A stretch of 64,000 nucleotides of DNA, taken from positions 160,001 through 224,000 of the forward strand of contig CAVPIW010000006.1 in the NCBI GenBank assembly GCA_963705105.1. Reading direction: 5' to 3'. Every line of letters begins with the position of its first letter. Position 1 is the stretch's first letter. A model generated the notes under the pieces. The model did not search any database. It had not been told where the DNA came from and saw only the letters and a program-made list of their open reading frames with translations. The position numbers and the translations under genes were made by a program. The stretch is from an uncultured Nitrospiraceae bacterium (GTDB lineage Bacteria; Nitrospirota; Thermodesulfovibrionia; Thermodesulfovibrionales; Dissulfurispiraceae). Positions 19,390-31,385 of the stretch are shown here, one piece after another.

Positions 19390-19507
19390 GGGGATGCATT
19401 TGGTATACATGAGGTATGTATCAGTGCGGCGGCGGCATGATCCCGGCCATGGAGGGCCGGATATCGGGACGGAAGGACATAATCAACAGGCGGCATGGAA
19501 GGCGGGC

Positions 19508-22069
19508 ATGAGAATCTGGAAGGAGCTGCGGTGGATATTGGGGATGGATGAGGAGGGCCGGGAAAAGGAGAACAAGGAGAGAATGGACCCTTTCAAGAAA
19601 AGGTACGAAGCCTTTCGTGCCCTGCTCATGGGGAACAATGCCGTGCTGGAGACCATGGCGGACATGGAAGAGAAGCTCTCGGGCGAGTATCTCTTCGACA
19701 GGCATTACGTCGAATCGAATGTGCAAAAGGTGAAAGATGCGGTCAGGACCATCATCGAAAGCCTGAATTTCGTAGCAAGGAACAAATACGATGCACTCAA
19801 CGAGCGGTATGCGGGCATCTCGGCCCAGATCGATTACGATCTCGCGAGCAGGCACGAAATACCGGTCAGCGCCCATATCATCACCTTTGACGAGCTGACG
19901 AGAGACTATTCCGACAGGGTGGGGAGCAAGAGCGCCAACCTGGGAGAGATGAAGAAAAGGCTCTTCGTCCCCGTCCCTCAGGGATTCGCCATCAGCGCAT
20001 ACGCCTTCAAGAAATTCATGGACTATAACGGTCTGCCCCAGAGGATCCATGACAGGCTCGACAACCTCGCCATCAACGACATCGAGGCGTTGAACGCGGC
20101 GAGCAGGGAGATCCAGGCCCTCGTCATAGCTGGAGAAGTTCCTCCCGACGTGACTCAGGACATCCTTCAAGCTTTCGAAGCCCTGAAGGAGAGGGTGGGT
20201 CCTGATGTGAAGGTCTCCGTCAGGAGCAGCGCTTACCAGGAAGACGGGGATTTCAGCTTCGCCGGGCAGTACGCGACGTACCTCAATGTCCCGGGGGGAC
20301 AGATACTCCAGAGATACAAGGAAGTCATGGCAAGCCTCTTCAGCCAGCGGGCCCTCTTTTATTTCAAGACCAAGGGCCTTCAGGAGTCCGATATGGTCAT
20401 GCCTGTGGGCGTCCTCTCCATGGTCGATGCAAGGGCCGGCGGCGTCATGTACACGCGGGACCCCAATGAGCCGAAGAAGGACATGATCATGATCAGCGCC
20501 GTGAGGGGCCTGGGCACCGGAGTCGTCGACGGTACCGTCACCCCTGAAACCTACCTCATTGCGCGTGAGGGTGACCTCGACATCCTGGAGAGGAGGCCTT
20601 CGCACCAGGAGAAGATGACCCTCTGCAAGGAGGAGGGCGGTATCGAAGAGGTTCCCCTGGCCGAGTCAGAGAGAGAGGCGTCATTCCTGAACGACAATGA
20701 AGTCAAACTGCTTGCCCGCTATGCCCTCTCCCTGGAGAGGCATTTCAAGAGCCCCCAGGACATCGAATGGGCCATCGACCGGAACGGCCGCGTCTTCATC
20801 CTCCAGGCGAGACCCCTGCGCCTGCTCGTCAAGGAAACGGCGAAGCCCGTCCCGAGACGCGTGGAGGGGTACCGGCTCCTGATCGAAAGGGGCGTCATCG
20901 CCTGCAAGGGCATCGGCTTCGGAAAGGTGCATGTCGTCAGGATGGACGAGGACCTCAAGGACTTCCCCGATGGCGGCGTTCTCGTTGCCAAGCACACATC
21001 GACGAAGTTCGTCACCGTCATGAACAGGGCGAGCGCCATCGTCACCGATGTCGGATCGGCAGCGGGCCATATGGCCTCCCTGTCCCGCGAATTCGACGTA
21101 CCGACGATCCTCGACGCCGAGTCGGCCACGTCGGTCATGCAGAACGGCCAGGACGTGACGGTGGACGCCGTCAATTGCAACATTTATGACGGAAGGGTTG
21201 CGGAGCTCGAAGAGTTCGCCGGGAAGAAGGACGAATCCTTCAAGGAGACGCAGCTCTTCCGGATCCTCCAGAAGGTGCTCAAGAAGGTCACGCCTCTCAA
21301 TCTCATCGATCCCGACAGCGAGGACTTCAAGCCCGAGTCCTGCAAGACCTACCATGATATTACGCGCTTCTGTCATGAGATGGTCGTCCGGGAGCTCTTC
21401 AGCATCGTCGACACCTCGGCTGACGACGTGAGTTCCGTCCGTCTCGTTTCGGGCATGCCCGTCGAGATCTGGCTTCTCGACCTGGGAGGAGGAATTGAGG
21501 GCGCGCCGAAGTATCTCAACCCCGAGCACCTCCGGTCGATACCCTTCAACGCCTTTCTCAAGGGGCTCATGTCCATGAAGTGGCCCGAGGCAAGGGCCTT
21601 CGACGTCAAGGGGTTCCTCGGCGCCGTCGCCCACACCGCCACGACCTCGGAAGAGGAGCTCCAGAAGACGGCCGAAAAGAGCTTTTCCTTCATCACTGAT
21701 ACGTATATGAACTTCGCAATCCGGCTCGGCTACCACCTCTCGACGGTCGAGTCGTTTGTGGGGGACAACATCAACGACAACTACATCCGGTTCCACTTCA
21801 AGGGTGGAGGCGCCGTCGTCGACAGGAGGCTGCGGAGGGTAAGGCTCATAACGGAGATCCTCAAGCAGATGGACTTCAACGTCAAAATCACCGGCGACGT
21901 CATCGACGCGTCCCTTATGAAGTACAAGAGGGAGACGCTGGAGCGGAAGCTCGAGAGCATGGGGAAGATGACCGTCTTCACCAAGCAGCTCGACATGGTG
22001 ATGTACAACGACGCGATTACGGATTCCTACATCAAGGAGTTCTGCAAGAAGCACCTGATCGCCGAGTAA
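19508..22069 (+). CDS. PEP synthase / pyruvate-phosphate-dikinase-like protein (ATP-grasp + phospho-His swivel + non-canonical C-terminus)
   Basis: GSKSANLGEM, VSVRSSA, SFAGQY, PQDIEWA, LQARP; swivel GSAAGHMASLSREFDVP. The C-terminus (YHDITRFCHE...) is unlike the PEP/pyruvate barrel. Start is uncertain (MRIWKE chosen). Confidence 0.88.
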   Translation: MRIWKELRWILGMDEEGREKENKERMDPFKKRYEAFRALLMGNNAVLETMADMEEKLSGEYLFDRHYVESNVQKVKDAVRTIIESLNFVARNKYDALNERYAGISAQIDYDLASRHEIPVSAHIITFDELTRDYSDRVGSKSANLGEMKKRLFVPVPQGFAISAYAFKKFMDYNGLPQRIHDRLDNLAINDIEALNAASREIQALVIAGEVPPDVTQDILQAFEALKERVGPDVKVSVRSSAYQEDGDFSFAGQYATYLNVPGGQILQRYKEVMASLFSQRALFYFKTKGLQESDMVMPVGVLSMVDARAGGVMYTRDPNEPKKDMIMISAVRGLGTGVVDGTVTPETYLIAREGDLDILERRPSHQEKMTLCKEEGGIEEVPLAESEREASFLNDNEVKLLARYALSLERHFKSPQDIEWAIDRNGRVFILQARPLRLLVKETAKPVPRRVEGYRLLIERGVIACKGIGFGKVHVVRMDEDLKDFPDGGVLVAKHTSTKFVTVMNRASAIVTDVGSAAGHMASLSREFDVPTILDAESATSVMQNGQDVTVDAVNCNIYDGRVAELEEFAGKKDESFKETQLFRILQKVLKKVTPLNLIDPDSEDFKPESCKTYHDITRFCHEMVVRELFSIVDTSADDVSSVRLVSGMPVEIWLLDLGGGIEGAPKYLNPEHLRSIPFNAFLKGLMSMKWPEARAFDVKGFLGAVAHTATTSEEELQKTAEKSFSFITDTYMNFAIRLGYHLSTVESFVGDNINDNYIRFHFKGGGAVVDRRLRRVRLITEILKQMDFNVKITGDVIDASLMKYKRETLERKLESMGKMTVFTKQLDMVMYNDAITDSYIKEFCKKHLIAE

Positions 22070-22088
22070 TACGGCATAGACGCCGTAT

Positions 22089-22298
22089 AGATTGTCGCTG
22101 CATGAAAAGGCAGGGCAAATCGCCTCAAAGCCTCGCTGATCGCGAGAATGATCATTTATTATTGGGTTCGCGATTCCATCAGCCTGTCATATGGCGTCAG
22201 CTTAAAATGATCAGCTTGGGAAGGCAAATGTTTCGCAGCACCGATGCTTTTCGGCGCCTTCGCCCCGCCTTGCCTGAGGGCATATGCAGCAATAAGGT
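22089..22298. repeat. Family A element, copy 5 (diverged, unique core)
   Basis: GCTGCATGAAAAGGCAGGGC...CGCCTCAAAGCC...TTTTCGGCGCC..GCCCCGCCTT...TGCAGCAATAAGGT. Confidence 0.8.
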
Positions 22299-22397
22299 AG
22301 ACACGGCAAAGGGTGGTCTGGAGATCAACAAGGTATCTTAGCGGAAAGGCTTTTCACCACATCAGCCTTCCCGCGAGTGTATTTGCGGTCTTGTTCC

Positions 22398-22436
22398 GAC
22401 TACTGACTACTGTCTACTGACTACTGACTACTGTCT
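22398..22436. repeat. Heptamer tandem repeat CTACTG(A/T), about 5 units
   Basis: GACTACTGACTACTGTCTACTGACTACTGACTACTGTCT, immediately after a stop codon. Confidence 0.9.
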
Positions 22437-22438
22437 TA

Positions 22439-22855
22439 TTATCCCTTCCCGAGCTTCTCCCGTAGCATCTTGTTCTCCCTCTCCGTCTGCTGCCATTTGA
22501 GGGCCTTGTCGATGGTGAAGAGGATCTGCTCCTTCCTGAAGGGCTTCGTGATGAAGTCGAAGGCCTTCTTGCCCATCGCCTCCTGGGCGGACTCCAGTGT
22601 GGCGTAGGCGGTCACGATGATGACGGGGATCTCTTCGTTGAATTTCCTGATTTCTTCGAGGAGTTCAAGACCGTCAAGACCGGGCATCTTGAGGTCGGAG
22701 ACGACTAGATCGAAGCCTCCCTGTTTCACGAGTTCGAGGGCCTCCAGAGGGTTGTTCGTAGTGACCACGGAGTACGGGGTCTTGTCCCGTATGATCATGC
22801 TGAGCAGTTTCAGCATGTCCGGCTCGTCATCGACGAGGAGCAGCTTTTCGGCCAT
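22439..22855 (-). CDS. Single-domain response regulator
   Basis: LLLVDDE, VSDLKMPG, VTAYA, FITKPF. Confidence 0.93.
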   Translation of the reverse strand: MAEKLLLVDDEPDMLKLLSMIIRDKTPYSVVTTNNPLEALELVKQGGFDLVVSDLKMPGLDGLELLEEIRKFNEEIPVIIVTAYATLESAQEAMGKKAFDFITKPFRKEQILFTIDKALKWQQTERENKMLREKLGKG

Positions 22856-22864
22856 TGTGCCTCC

Positions 22865-25093
<2,229 letters not shown>

Positions 25094-25151
25094 AGTCTCT
25101 TTACCGGTAGTATAGCAATCTCACTGTCGTATTAGAAAGGCGGGATGAAGA

Positions 25152-25175
25152 GTAGGGGCGGATGCATCCCGCCCC
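25152..25175. repeat. GTAG-prefixed GC hairpin (REP-like or terminator)
   Basis: GTAGGGGCGG-ATGCATC-CCGCCCC. Confidence 0.5.
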
Positions 25176-25186
25176 CCCTTACAGTA

Positions 25187-25642
25187 TCAGATGTTGCAGA
25201 AGTCCAGGCAGCTCTCCTTGACGACGTAAACGCAGCAGGGAGCATGCTTGACCACCTTCGGCGACTCCGCGCCGAGGAGGAAGCGGGCCTGCCCGCTCGT
25301 GCCCCTGGCGCCGATGATGATGAGGTTTATCTTTTCCTTCTCGGCGTAATCGATGATCTCCGCTGAGGGTGACGCGCCCATCTGGATGACGGCCTTGATG
25401 TTCTTCAGTCCCTGGCCCTGGAGATATTCTCTTGCCTTATTGAGAAGGTCCGTGGCCCTCTTCTCGAAACCTTCCCGGATCACCTCCCGGTTACCCGGCG
25501 TGATCTCGAAGTCGAAGTCCGCCACCTGATGAATGACATTCAGGAGATGGATCTCGTTTTCTCTGTCCTTGCAGAAGAACGCCGCCGATTTGAGGCACAT
25601 GTCGGTAAACTTCGATCCGTCGATGGGGACAAGGATTTTCAT
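25187..25642 (-). CDS. Universal stress protein
   Basis: MKILVPIDGS...IIIGARG...LLGAESPKVVKHAPCCV. Confidence 0.92.
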   Translation of the reverse strand: MKILVPIDGSKFTDMCLKSAAFFCKDRENEIHLLNVIHQVADFDFEITPGNREVIREGFEKRATDLLNKAREYLQGQGLKNIKAVIQMGASPSAEIIDYAEKEKINLIIIGARGTSGQARFLLGAESPKVVKHAPCCVYVVKESCLDFCNI

Positions 25643-25650
25643 TTTTCCTC

Positions 25651-26364
25651 CTATACCTCTTTCCTGACCTTAACCTTTTTCGTCGTCAGCCCGACTCCTT
25701 CGAAGAGGTGGTAGAGCGCGTATCCCCACCAGATCGTGTAGAAAACGTAGAAGACGAGGAGAACGGACATCGTGCCGAGCCTGTCGGTGACCTTCTGGGG
25801 CTCAATCTTATAGAAGTTGTAGGCCGGCTCGATGACCTTCGAGGCCACCTCGTTCATCATCTTCGCGCTCGGAAACTCGCTCTTGAGCTGGAGGGCCTTG
25901 TCGATCTTCTTAAGGGAGTTCCACCAGTCCTTCATGACCTGTTTCTCGTCGTACCCGTACGCGGTCTTGACCTTTTCCCCGTCGTTATTGTACATGTTGT
26001 CCGAATCCCTGATGACGACGGAGAGGACCTTTCCGACATCGCCCGATATCTTGAGCGTGCCCTCTTTCTGGTCAGCCGCGGCGCCGGCGGCCGTGAAGAG
26101 ACCGGCGATCCTCTTCGCGTCTTCGGGTTTGTCGATCTTGATCTCGACGTCGAAGGCCTTGCCGACGAACTTCTCGTTGGCTGCGGAGGTTTTGGGGACA
26201 TAATAGGCCGATCCCTTCGAGAGCTTGTTGAATATGTCGTCAGAGAACTCGAGGCCGTTTCTTCCTTCGCCGAAGATAGGCGACATGATGGCGAAGAAAA
26301 GCACAAAGAAGGCGGCGGCCATGACGAGGCCGGTGGTGAAGTGCTTCTTATCTTTTACTAACAT
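25651..26364 (-). CDS. Conserved membrane protein (TSUP accessory, 2 TM + periplasmic domain)
   Basis: N- and C-terminal TMs, FNKLSKGSAYY, EPAYNFYKIEP; 2 nt downstream of the TauE gene. Confidence 0.8.
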   Translation of the reverse strand: MLVKDKKHFTTGLVMAAAFFVLFFAIMSPIFGEGRNGLEFSDDIFNKLSKGSAYYVPKTSAANEKFVGKAFDVEIKIDKPEDAKRIAGLFTAAGAAADQKEGTLKISGDVGKVLSVVIRDSDNMYNNDGEKVKTAYGYDEKQVMKDWWNSLKKIDKALQLKSEFPSAKMMNEVASKVIEPAYNFYKIEPQKVTDRLGTMSVLLVFYVFYTIWWGYALYHLFEGVGLTTKKVKVRKEV

Positions 26365-26366
26365 GG

Positions 26367-27659
26367 TTATCCCTCCCTGAAGGTTTTGATGTTTCTGAGG
26401 AAGCTGCTCAGGACCCAGCCGACGAAGGCCACGATGACGATCCAGAAGAGGATGTTGCCCAGGAGCTGAAACCCGTCAACCAGGGATTGCGGGAGGTTCA
26501 GGTATCCCATGTCGGTGAACTGTTTCGGGAGCGTCGTGAATCTGTTGATGAAGCCTGCGAGAATGGTCGTGGCCCAGAACATTCTGATGGTGAGACCGCT
26601 GACGACCTTCGTGACGAGGGCGCCGATCTGGATGCCCAGCAGCGAGCCCAGGAGCATACCCATGGCGAGGGTGTAGAAGACGAAGCCGTAAATGGCATAC
26701 TGGGTGATACCCGCATAGCCGGCGGTGAAGATGATCTGGAAGATGTCGGTGCCGACGGTGGTGAAGGTGGAGATACCGAAGACGTAGACGAACATGGGGA
26801 AGGTGATGAAGCCGCCGCCCACGCCCATCATGGAAGAGGCGAGGCCGACGATCAAGCCGCCGCAGGCGAGTATCACGGCGGAAATGCTCCTGCCGCCCGG
26901 CACCATGTCCTCATCGAACTTGACCATGGGCGGAATGCTGATCGCCTGGAGCTTGCCCGCTACGCCGGGGACCTCCGAGACGGTCGGCACGACGAGTTTT
27001 TTCCCCCCTTCGTCGTGATCGCCGCCGTGACCGGCGATGGGTTTGCCGCTCTTCCTCTTTTTCAGGTAGTCCGAGATGCCGTACCAGCTCAGGAAGCCGA
27101 GGATCGCGGCGTAGATGATGCTCACGACGGCGTCGCTCATGATGGGGTTCCACTCGTAGACGGCCTTCTGGATCAGGCCGCCGATGGTGGCGCCGGCAAT
27201 GGACCCGACGAGGAAGTACATGGCCAGTTTCACGTTGACGTTGCCCATCTTCTTGTGGAGCACCGATCCCATGATCGCCTTGGCGAAGATATGGAAAAGG
27301 TCGGTGCCGACGGCGAGGATGCCCTTGACGCCGGCGGCCATGAGGGCCGGCGTGATGATGAAGCCGCCTCCCGCGCCGATGCACCCGGTAATGAGGCCCG
27401 CACAAAAGCCGATGGCGATGGACACGAGGAAAACGATGGTCGTGTAGAACGACGGTGCGTACGACTTCTTGCCTCCCAGGATGTCCGCCGCGTCGGCGAA
27501 AAAGTACATGCCGACGATGGGAAGGACCGCCGCAAAGAACGCGACGACGAGGAGACGTTTTCGGTTGTGCAGGATGTTCATCGACACCTCATAGTCCCAC
27601 TGGGCGTGGTATATGGCGGCCGCCTTCATGCATTCATAAACCTTTCTCGGAAAACTCAT
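26367..27659 (-). CDS. TSUP / TauE/SafE permease (2)
   Basis: GCIGAGGGFIITP, AVGTDLFH, MGVGGGFITFP, VGTDIFQI. Confidence 0.92.
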   Translation of the reverse strand: MSFPRKVYECMKAAAIYHAQWDYEVSMNILHNRKRLLVVAFFAAVLPIVGMYFFADAADILGGKKSYAPSFYTTIVFLVSIAIGFCAGLITGCIGAGGGFIITPALMAAGVKGILAVGTDLFHIFAKAIMGSVLHKKMGNVNVKLAMYFLVGSIAGATIGGLIQKAVYEWNPIMSDAVVSIIYAAILGFLSWYGISDYLKKRKSGKPIAGHGGDHDEGGKKLVVPTVSEVPGVAGKLQAISIPPMVKFDEDMVPGGRSISAVILACGGLIVGLASSMMGVGGGFITFPMFVYVFGISTFTTVGTDIFQIIFTAGYAGITQYAIYGFVFYTLAMGMLLGSLLGIQIGALVTKVVSGLTIRMFWATTILAGFINRFTTLPKQFTDMGYLNLPQSLVDGFQLLGNILFWIVIVAFVGWVLSSFLRNIKTFREG

Positions 27660-28180
27660 TCCTTGCCCTCCTTGCTCTTTATTATCTTTATTAAATTAAA
27701 TGTGTGATTTTTCACCCGGGTTTCCCTCCTCCATGTCAGGGATGTCTCGACAAAACATGCAACCTATTGTTGCGGGAATGATTGCCCGAAACAAAACGGG
27801 ACGGTCGCAGAAATAAATATAATTCAATGAAATGATCAGCCATCAAATCTGCAACGATTTCTTTACATGAAACATATTGATTCAACCGCTAATCCTCTCG
27901 CTTCATGCCGTCGAACCTGTGTGCCTTTTTGCGCCGAACGTGCGTGCCCGGAAGCCGGCAGGCGGATATGCGGCCTGTTGCCGTCAGGCGTGACCATGCC
28001 GTGTATAGATTCACTTTTTGATTGTTTGCCTGCAGTGAAAGGACTGCAGGGGTGCGTCAGAGTGGCACTATAATATCAAAAAGGAGGGCAAAAAACAATT
28101 GAAAGGATTATGAGAAATTTTTATAGGCCTATTTGTCTTTGAGCCTTGGGCGGGCTATTTTGAATACATCTCACCGGGGG

Positions 28181-28270
28181 TCACCGGTCCTTTTTCCTGA
28201 ATTTGTTTCCTATGGCAAGTCCGACGAGGACGGCCATGAGAAGGACGAGTATAATGATCAGATATTCCAT
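28181..28270 (-). CDS. Small single-TM membrane peptide, 29 aa (not in ORF track)
   Basis: MEYLIIILVLLMAVLVGLAIGNKFRKKDR*, RBS GAGGG upstream, hydrophobic helix with a basic tail. Confidence 0.7.
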   Translation of the reverse strand: MEYLIIILVLLMAVLVGLAIGNKFRKKDR

Positions 28271-28360
28271 AGAACCCTCAATTCAGTGTGAGTGTGAGTG
28301 TCAGTGTCAGTGAAAGGAAAACATAGAACCCTCAATTCAGTGTGAGTGTGAGTGTCAGTG
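28268..28360. repeat. Two-unit tandem array (54-bp period) of flank plus AGTGT(C/G) hexamers
   Basis: CATAGAACCCTCAATTCAGTGTGAGTGTGAGTGTCAGTG at 28268 and 28322. Confidence 0.92.
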
Positions 28361-28363
28361 CCA

Positions 28364-28402
28364 AACCCGTAACCCGCAACGCGTAACCCGTAACCCGTAA
28401 CC
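28364..28402. repeat. Heptamer tandem repeat AACCCGT, about 5.5 units
   Basis: AACCCGT AACCCGC AACGCGT AACCCGT AACCCGT AACC, abutting a stop codon. Confidence 0.9.
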
Positions 28403-29190
28403 TATTTCCTCACCGCTATGACGAATCCCTCTCTCATGTTCCTGATGGCGCCGGCGAGGGCCGTCGAATCCGCCTCCCACGATTCCTTCACCGTGATCGA
28501 CCCGAGCCTTCTTCCCTCATCGTCAAGCACATCGAGCTGCATGCCGGGGCTCACGCCGTGGTTCGTCCCCAGGCCGAACTTGATCTCCAGATCACTGTCC
28601 GTCTTCTTGACCATGTAAACTTCCGCCTTCCCGGCGTCAGCCATGAGCCCTTCCTCCTTCCAGGCAAGGTAGAAGACGATGCCGAAGGAAAGGACAAGAA
28701 AGGGGACGCAGGCGACGGCGAACCACCAGGGTGTGATCCCCGTCGTGCGATGGATGAGGGATGTGTAACTCTGTTGCAGGCTTGCACTGTCGCTGAAGAC
28801 GACGATCTTGAAGAAGGAGAACGGCGCCGGCACCTTTCTGTCTTTCGGCATGACCGATATCTTGTACGAGCCCGGCTTCGTCTGTCCGCTTACCGTTAAA
28901 ATGCCGTGCCACATGTTGCCGCCGAACCAGAAGCCCGTGTGGATCGCATCGAAGGTCAGGCTGATATCGTCGGAAGTGCTCGTGTAGGTGAGTTCCCCGA
29001 AGCTTTTCGTCTTTTCGTCCATCTGGCCGTTGATCTCCATCGTGGTGCCGGGCAGGACGTTGAGGACGTTCAGGGGATGCCGGAACTGGGCGATGATGCC
29101 GTCGAGGAGAAAGAACAGGAGGAGCAGGAAGAGGAGGGCGCCGGTTTTTCCGGCTATTTTTCTGAAACGGGTAATCTGAAGAATGTCCAT
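28402..29190 (-). CDS. Conserved hypothetical membrane protein of the TSUP module
   Basis: N-terminal TM, GFWFGGNMWHG, second TM, C-terminal FGLGTNHGV. Confidence 0.8.
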   Translation of the reverse strand: MDILQITRFRKIAGKTGALLFLLLLFFLLDGIIAQFRHPLNVLNVLPGTTMEINGQMDEKTKSFGELTYTSTSDDISLTFDAIHTGFWFGGNMWHGILTVSGQTKPGSYKISVMPKDRKVPAPFSFFKIVVFSDSASLQQSYTSLIHRTTGITPWWFAVACVPFLVLSFGIVFYLAWKEEGLMADAGKAEVYMVKKTDSDLEIKFGLGTNHGVSPGMQLDVLDDEGRRLGSITVKESWEADSTALAGAIRNMREGFVIAVRK

Positions 29191-29208
29191 AGTCTCCCTG
29201 GAGCCTGA

Positions 29209-29237
29209 GGAAGCCTCCGGCAGGACCGGAGGCTTCC
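29209..29237. other. Perfect 12-bp intergenic hairpin (mRNA stability or partial termination)
   Basis: GGAAGCCTCCGG-CAGGA-CCGGAGGCTTCC with no T-tract. Confidence 0.7.
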
Positions 29238-29247
29238 CCGTTCATTC

Positions 29248-29838
29248 CTACTTCTTGAAGATGTCCGTCTTGCTGATGTTCATGAGCCGCTGCGCCTTGC
29301 CCGGCTGATGATAGTATATACGAACTTCGTCCCCCGCTTCCCAGGTATTGTCGGGATAGGCGAAATTCTCCTCAGGCACGGTGAAGGTCGTCATGATTTT
29401 CTGCCTGCCCGAGTAGACGGTGATCGTCTTTTTCTCCCTGTCGACTATGGGGAACTTCTTGTCCTTCACGAGGGGATTGTCCCTGGCGACGCCTTCCTTC
29501 TGGTCCAGGAGAGTGTATTTGATCGTCTTGAAGTTCTGCGACGCCTTATCGAAAATGACGATCTCCAGGTTCTTCGTGTCGAGCTTCATCCGCATACCCG
29601 CTTTGGGATCAGGCCCCATTTCCCCGGGGTCCTTGGGGATCTCGTAGACATGGGGCGGCAGTTCGGTGTATTCCGGCTTCTGTGGGTCGGCCTTCATGTC
29701 CTTGATCAGGGTGACCGTCCCCTTCTCCTTGTTGAATTCGATCACCCGTCCCTGATCCACCTTCCCGAGCTCTCCGCAACCGAGGAGCAGTGCGAGGGGC
29801 AGGACGGCCAGTATCGAAAACCAGAGCAGTTTCTTCAT
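29248..29838 (-). CDS. Lipoprotein (DUF4881-like)
   Basis: Lipobox LLLGC, GKVDQGRVI, EMGPDPKAG, TWEAGDEVRIYY, MNISKTDIFKK. Confidence 0.82.
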   Translation of the reverse strand: MKKLLWFSILAVLPLALLLGCGELGKVDQGRVIEFNKEKGTVTLIKDMKADPQKPEYTELPPHVYEIPKDPGEMGPDPKAGMRMKLDTKNLEIVIFDKASQNFKTIKYTLLDQKEGVARDNPLVKDKKFPIVDREKKTITVYSGRQKIMTTFTVPEENFAYPDNTWEAGDEVRIYYHQPGKAQRLMNISKTDIFKK

Positions 29839-29895
29839 TCTCATTTCCTCCTTCAACATGATCGTGGTCATCTGTGTGCCTCTCCGACCCTCTTC

Positions 29896-30948
29896 TTATT
29901 TTTTCTTCTTCATCGCGATTTCCTGTTTCGCTCCCTGCAACATCTTGATGAAGATGTAGATCGACAGTGTCGCCACGAGACCGAGGATGAGGGCCGTCGC
30001 GGCGTTGTCGAAGATGGCGGCCTGTGCAGGTACTGCCTTGGCTATGAGCTTCAGGACGATCGAGACGGCGCAGCCGATGACGGCGATGCCGAAGGCGATG
30101 CGGATGCCGTAGCCTTTGATGTACTTCGTGGCGACGGTGCCGACCTGGGCGCCGATGGCTGCGCCGACGAGCATGATGATCGCCGCGACGAGCTCGGTGC
30201 GGCCCTTATAGGTATACGTGCCGGCACCGTAGAGACCGGAGATCATGACCTCGAAGAGGTCCGTACCGACGGCTACATGGGTGGGGCAGCCGATGAAGTA
30301 GATGAGGGCGGGCATGCGGATGAGACCGCCGCCGATGCCGAGGATGCCGGCGAGCCAGCCTGTCAGGAAGCTCACGGCGATGGGCAGCCAGGCGGAACAG
30401 TAGATCTGGGCCTCCTTGAACTGCACCATCGGGGGGATCTTGAGCTTGTGGAAGGTCTTGTGCCACTCGATGCCGGTGGCGAGCTTGTCGACCTCCCCGC
30501 CGGCGGCCTTCATCGCCTGCTCCTTTGCCCTTTTCTTCGCCACGTCGTGGAAGACCATCCAGGCGATGAGGCTGAGGAGGACGAGGTAGAGATACCGGAC
30601 ATACTGCTCGACCTTGCCGATGCGCTCGAGCCACATGACCATCTGGGCGCCCACCTCGAAGCCGACGATGGTCCCCACGAGCATGATCATGCCCAGTTTA
30701 TAATCGACGTTGCCGAACTTTCCGTGCCGCATCGTCGAGATAAGGGATTTGCCCGCCATGTGGGCTATATCCGTCCCGATGGCGAAGGCCATGGGAAAAC
30801 CGAGAATATTGAGTCCCGGAGTCACCATCCAGGCGCCGCCCATACCGAAGAAGCCGCCGATGATACCGACGCCGATGCCGAGGATGATGAGGCCCGGCCA
30901 GAAAATCGTTACACCAGAGATTGGCATGAGAATATACAAAAAGTCCAT
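29896..30948 (-). CDS. TSUP / TauE/SafE permease (3)
   Basis: GGFFGMGGAWMVTP, AIGTDIAH, GILGIGGGLIRMP, AVGTDLFE. Confidence 0.92.
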   Translation of the reverse strand: MDFLYILMPISGVTIFWPGLIILGIGVGIIGGFFGMGGAWMVTPGLNILGFPMAFAIGTDIAHMAGKSLISTMRHGKFGNVDYKLGMIMLVGTIVGFEVGAQMVMWLERIGKVEQYVRYLYLVLLSLIAWMVFHDVAKKRAKEQAMKAAGGEVDKLATGIEWHKTFHKLKIPPMVQFKEAQIYCSAWLPIAVSFLTGWLAGILGIGGGLIRMPALIYFIGCPTHVAVGTDLFEVMISGLYGAGTYTYKGRTELVAAIIMLVGAAIGAQVGTVATKYIKGYGIRIAFGIAVIGCAVSIVLKLIAKAVPAQAAIFDNAATALILGLVATLSIYIFIKMLQGAKQEIAMKKKK

Positions 30949-30983
30949 AAATTATCCTCCTTTGTGCGGAATGGGCTGTCGAG

Positions 30984-31280
30984 TCAGTGCTCGGCCAGTT
31001 CCCTCGACTTCAGGTCAATACCGATGTGACTCATGATGATGTCCGCAACCGTGCCGAATACAAGCCCGATGACGGGGATGACGGCGACGGTGAGGAGCGT
31101 GAAATAGATGTGGCTCTCGTTGTACAGGTCAGCGAACCACTTCTCCCAGCCGCTCAGCTTCCTCGTGTCGGCGACGATGACGAGCCCTGCCGCTTTCTCA
31201 CCCGCCGCGAGGGCGATCTCGGGCAGCAGCAGAACGCATACTGCGATTAATAAGACGATGTAAGACCCGATCCTTTTCAT
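30984..31280 (-). CDS. DVU0150-family small membrane protein
   Basis: Signal-like N-terminus, VIVADTRKL, ADLYNES, IGIDLKSRELAEH; directly upstream of TauE. Confidence 0.8.
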   Translation of the reverse strand: MKRIGSYIVLLIAVCVLLLPEIALAAGEKAAGLVIVADTRKLSGWEKWFADLYNESHIYFTLLTVAVIPVIGLVFGTVADIIMSHIGIDLKSRELAEH

Positions 31281-31385
31281 TGTGAAAACCTCCTTTTCGT
31301 AATTTTTTCTATGGTCAATTCCAGTCTCTGCATCGATAGGAAACGTCTTCTCTCACCCCCCTTTCCTGTCTATGGAGGCTGAAAC

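Noticed and set aside
27826..27843. Sigma54 promoter upstream of TauE-2
   Set aside because: Minus-strand TGGCTGATCATTTCA lacks the -12 GC and departs from TGGCAC.
29308..31029. Long antisense ORFs (also 2311-3405, 3324-4763, 11195-12502, 14547-15872, 20681-22054, 42466-43788, 50525-52087)
   Set aside because: Shadow ORFs opposite well-supported genes, expected from high-GC codon bias, with no recognisable motifs.
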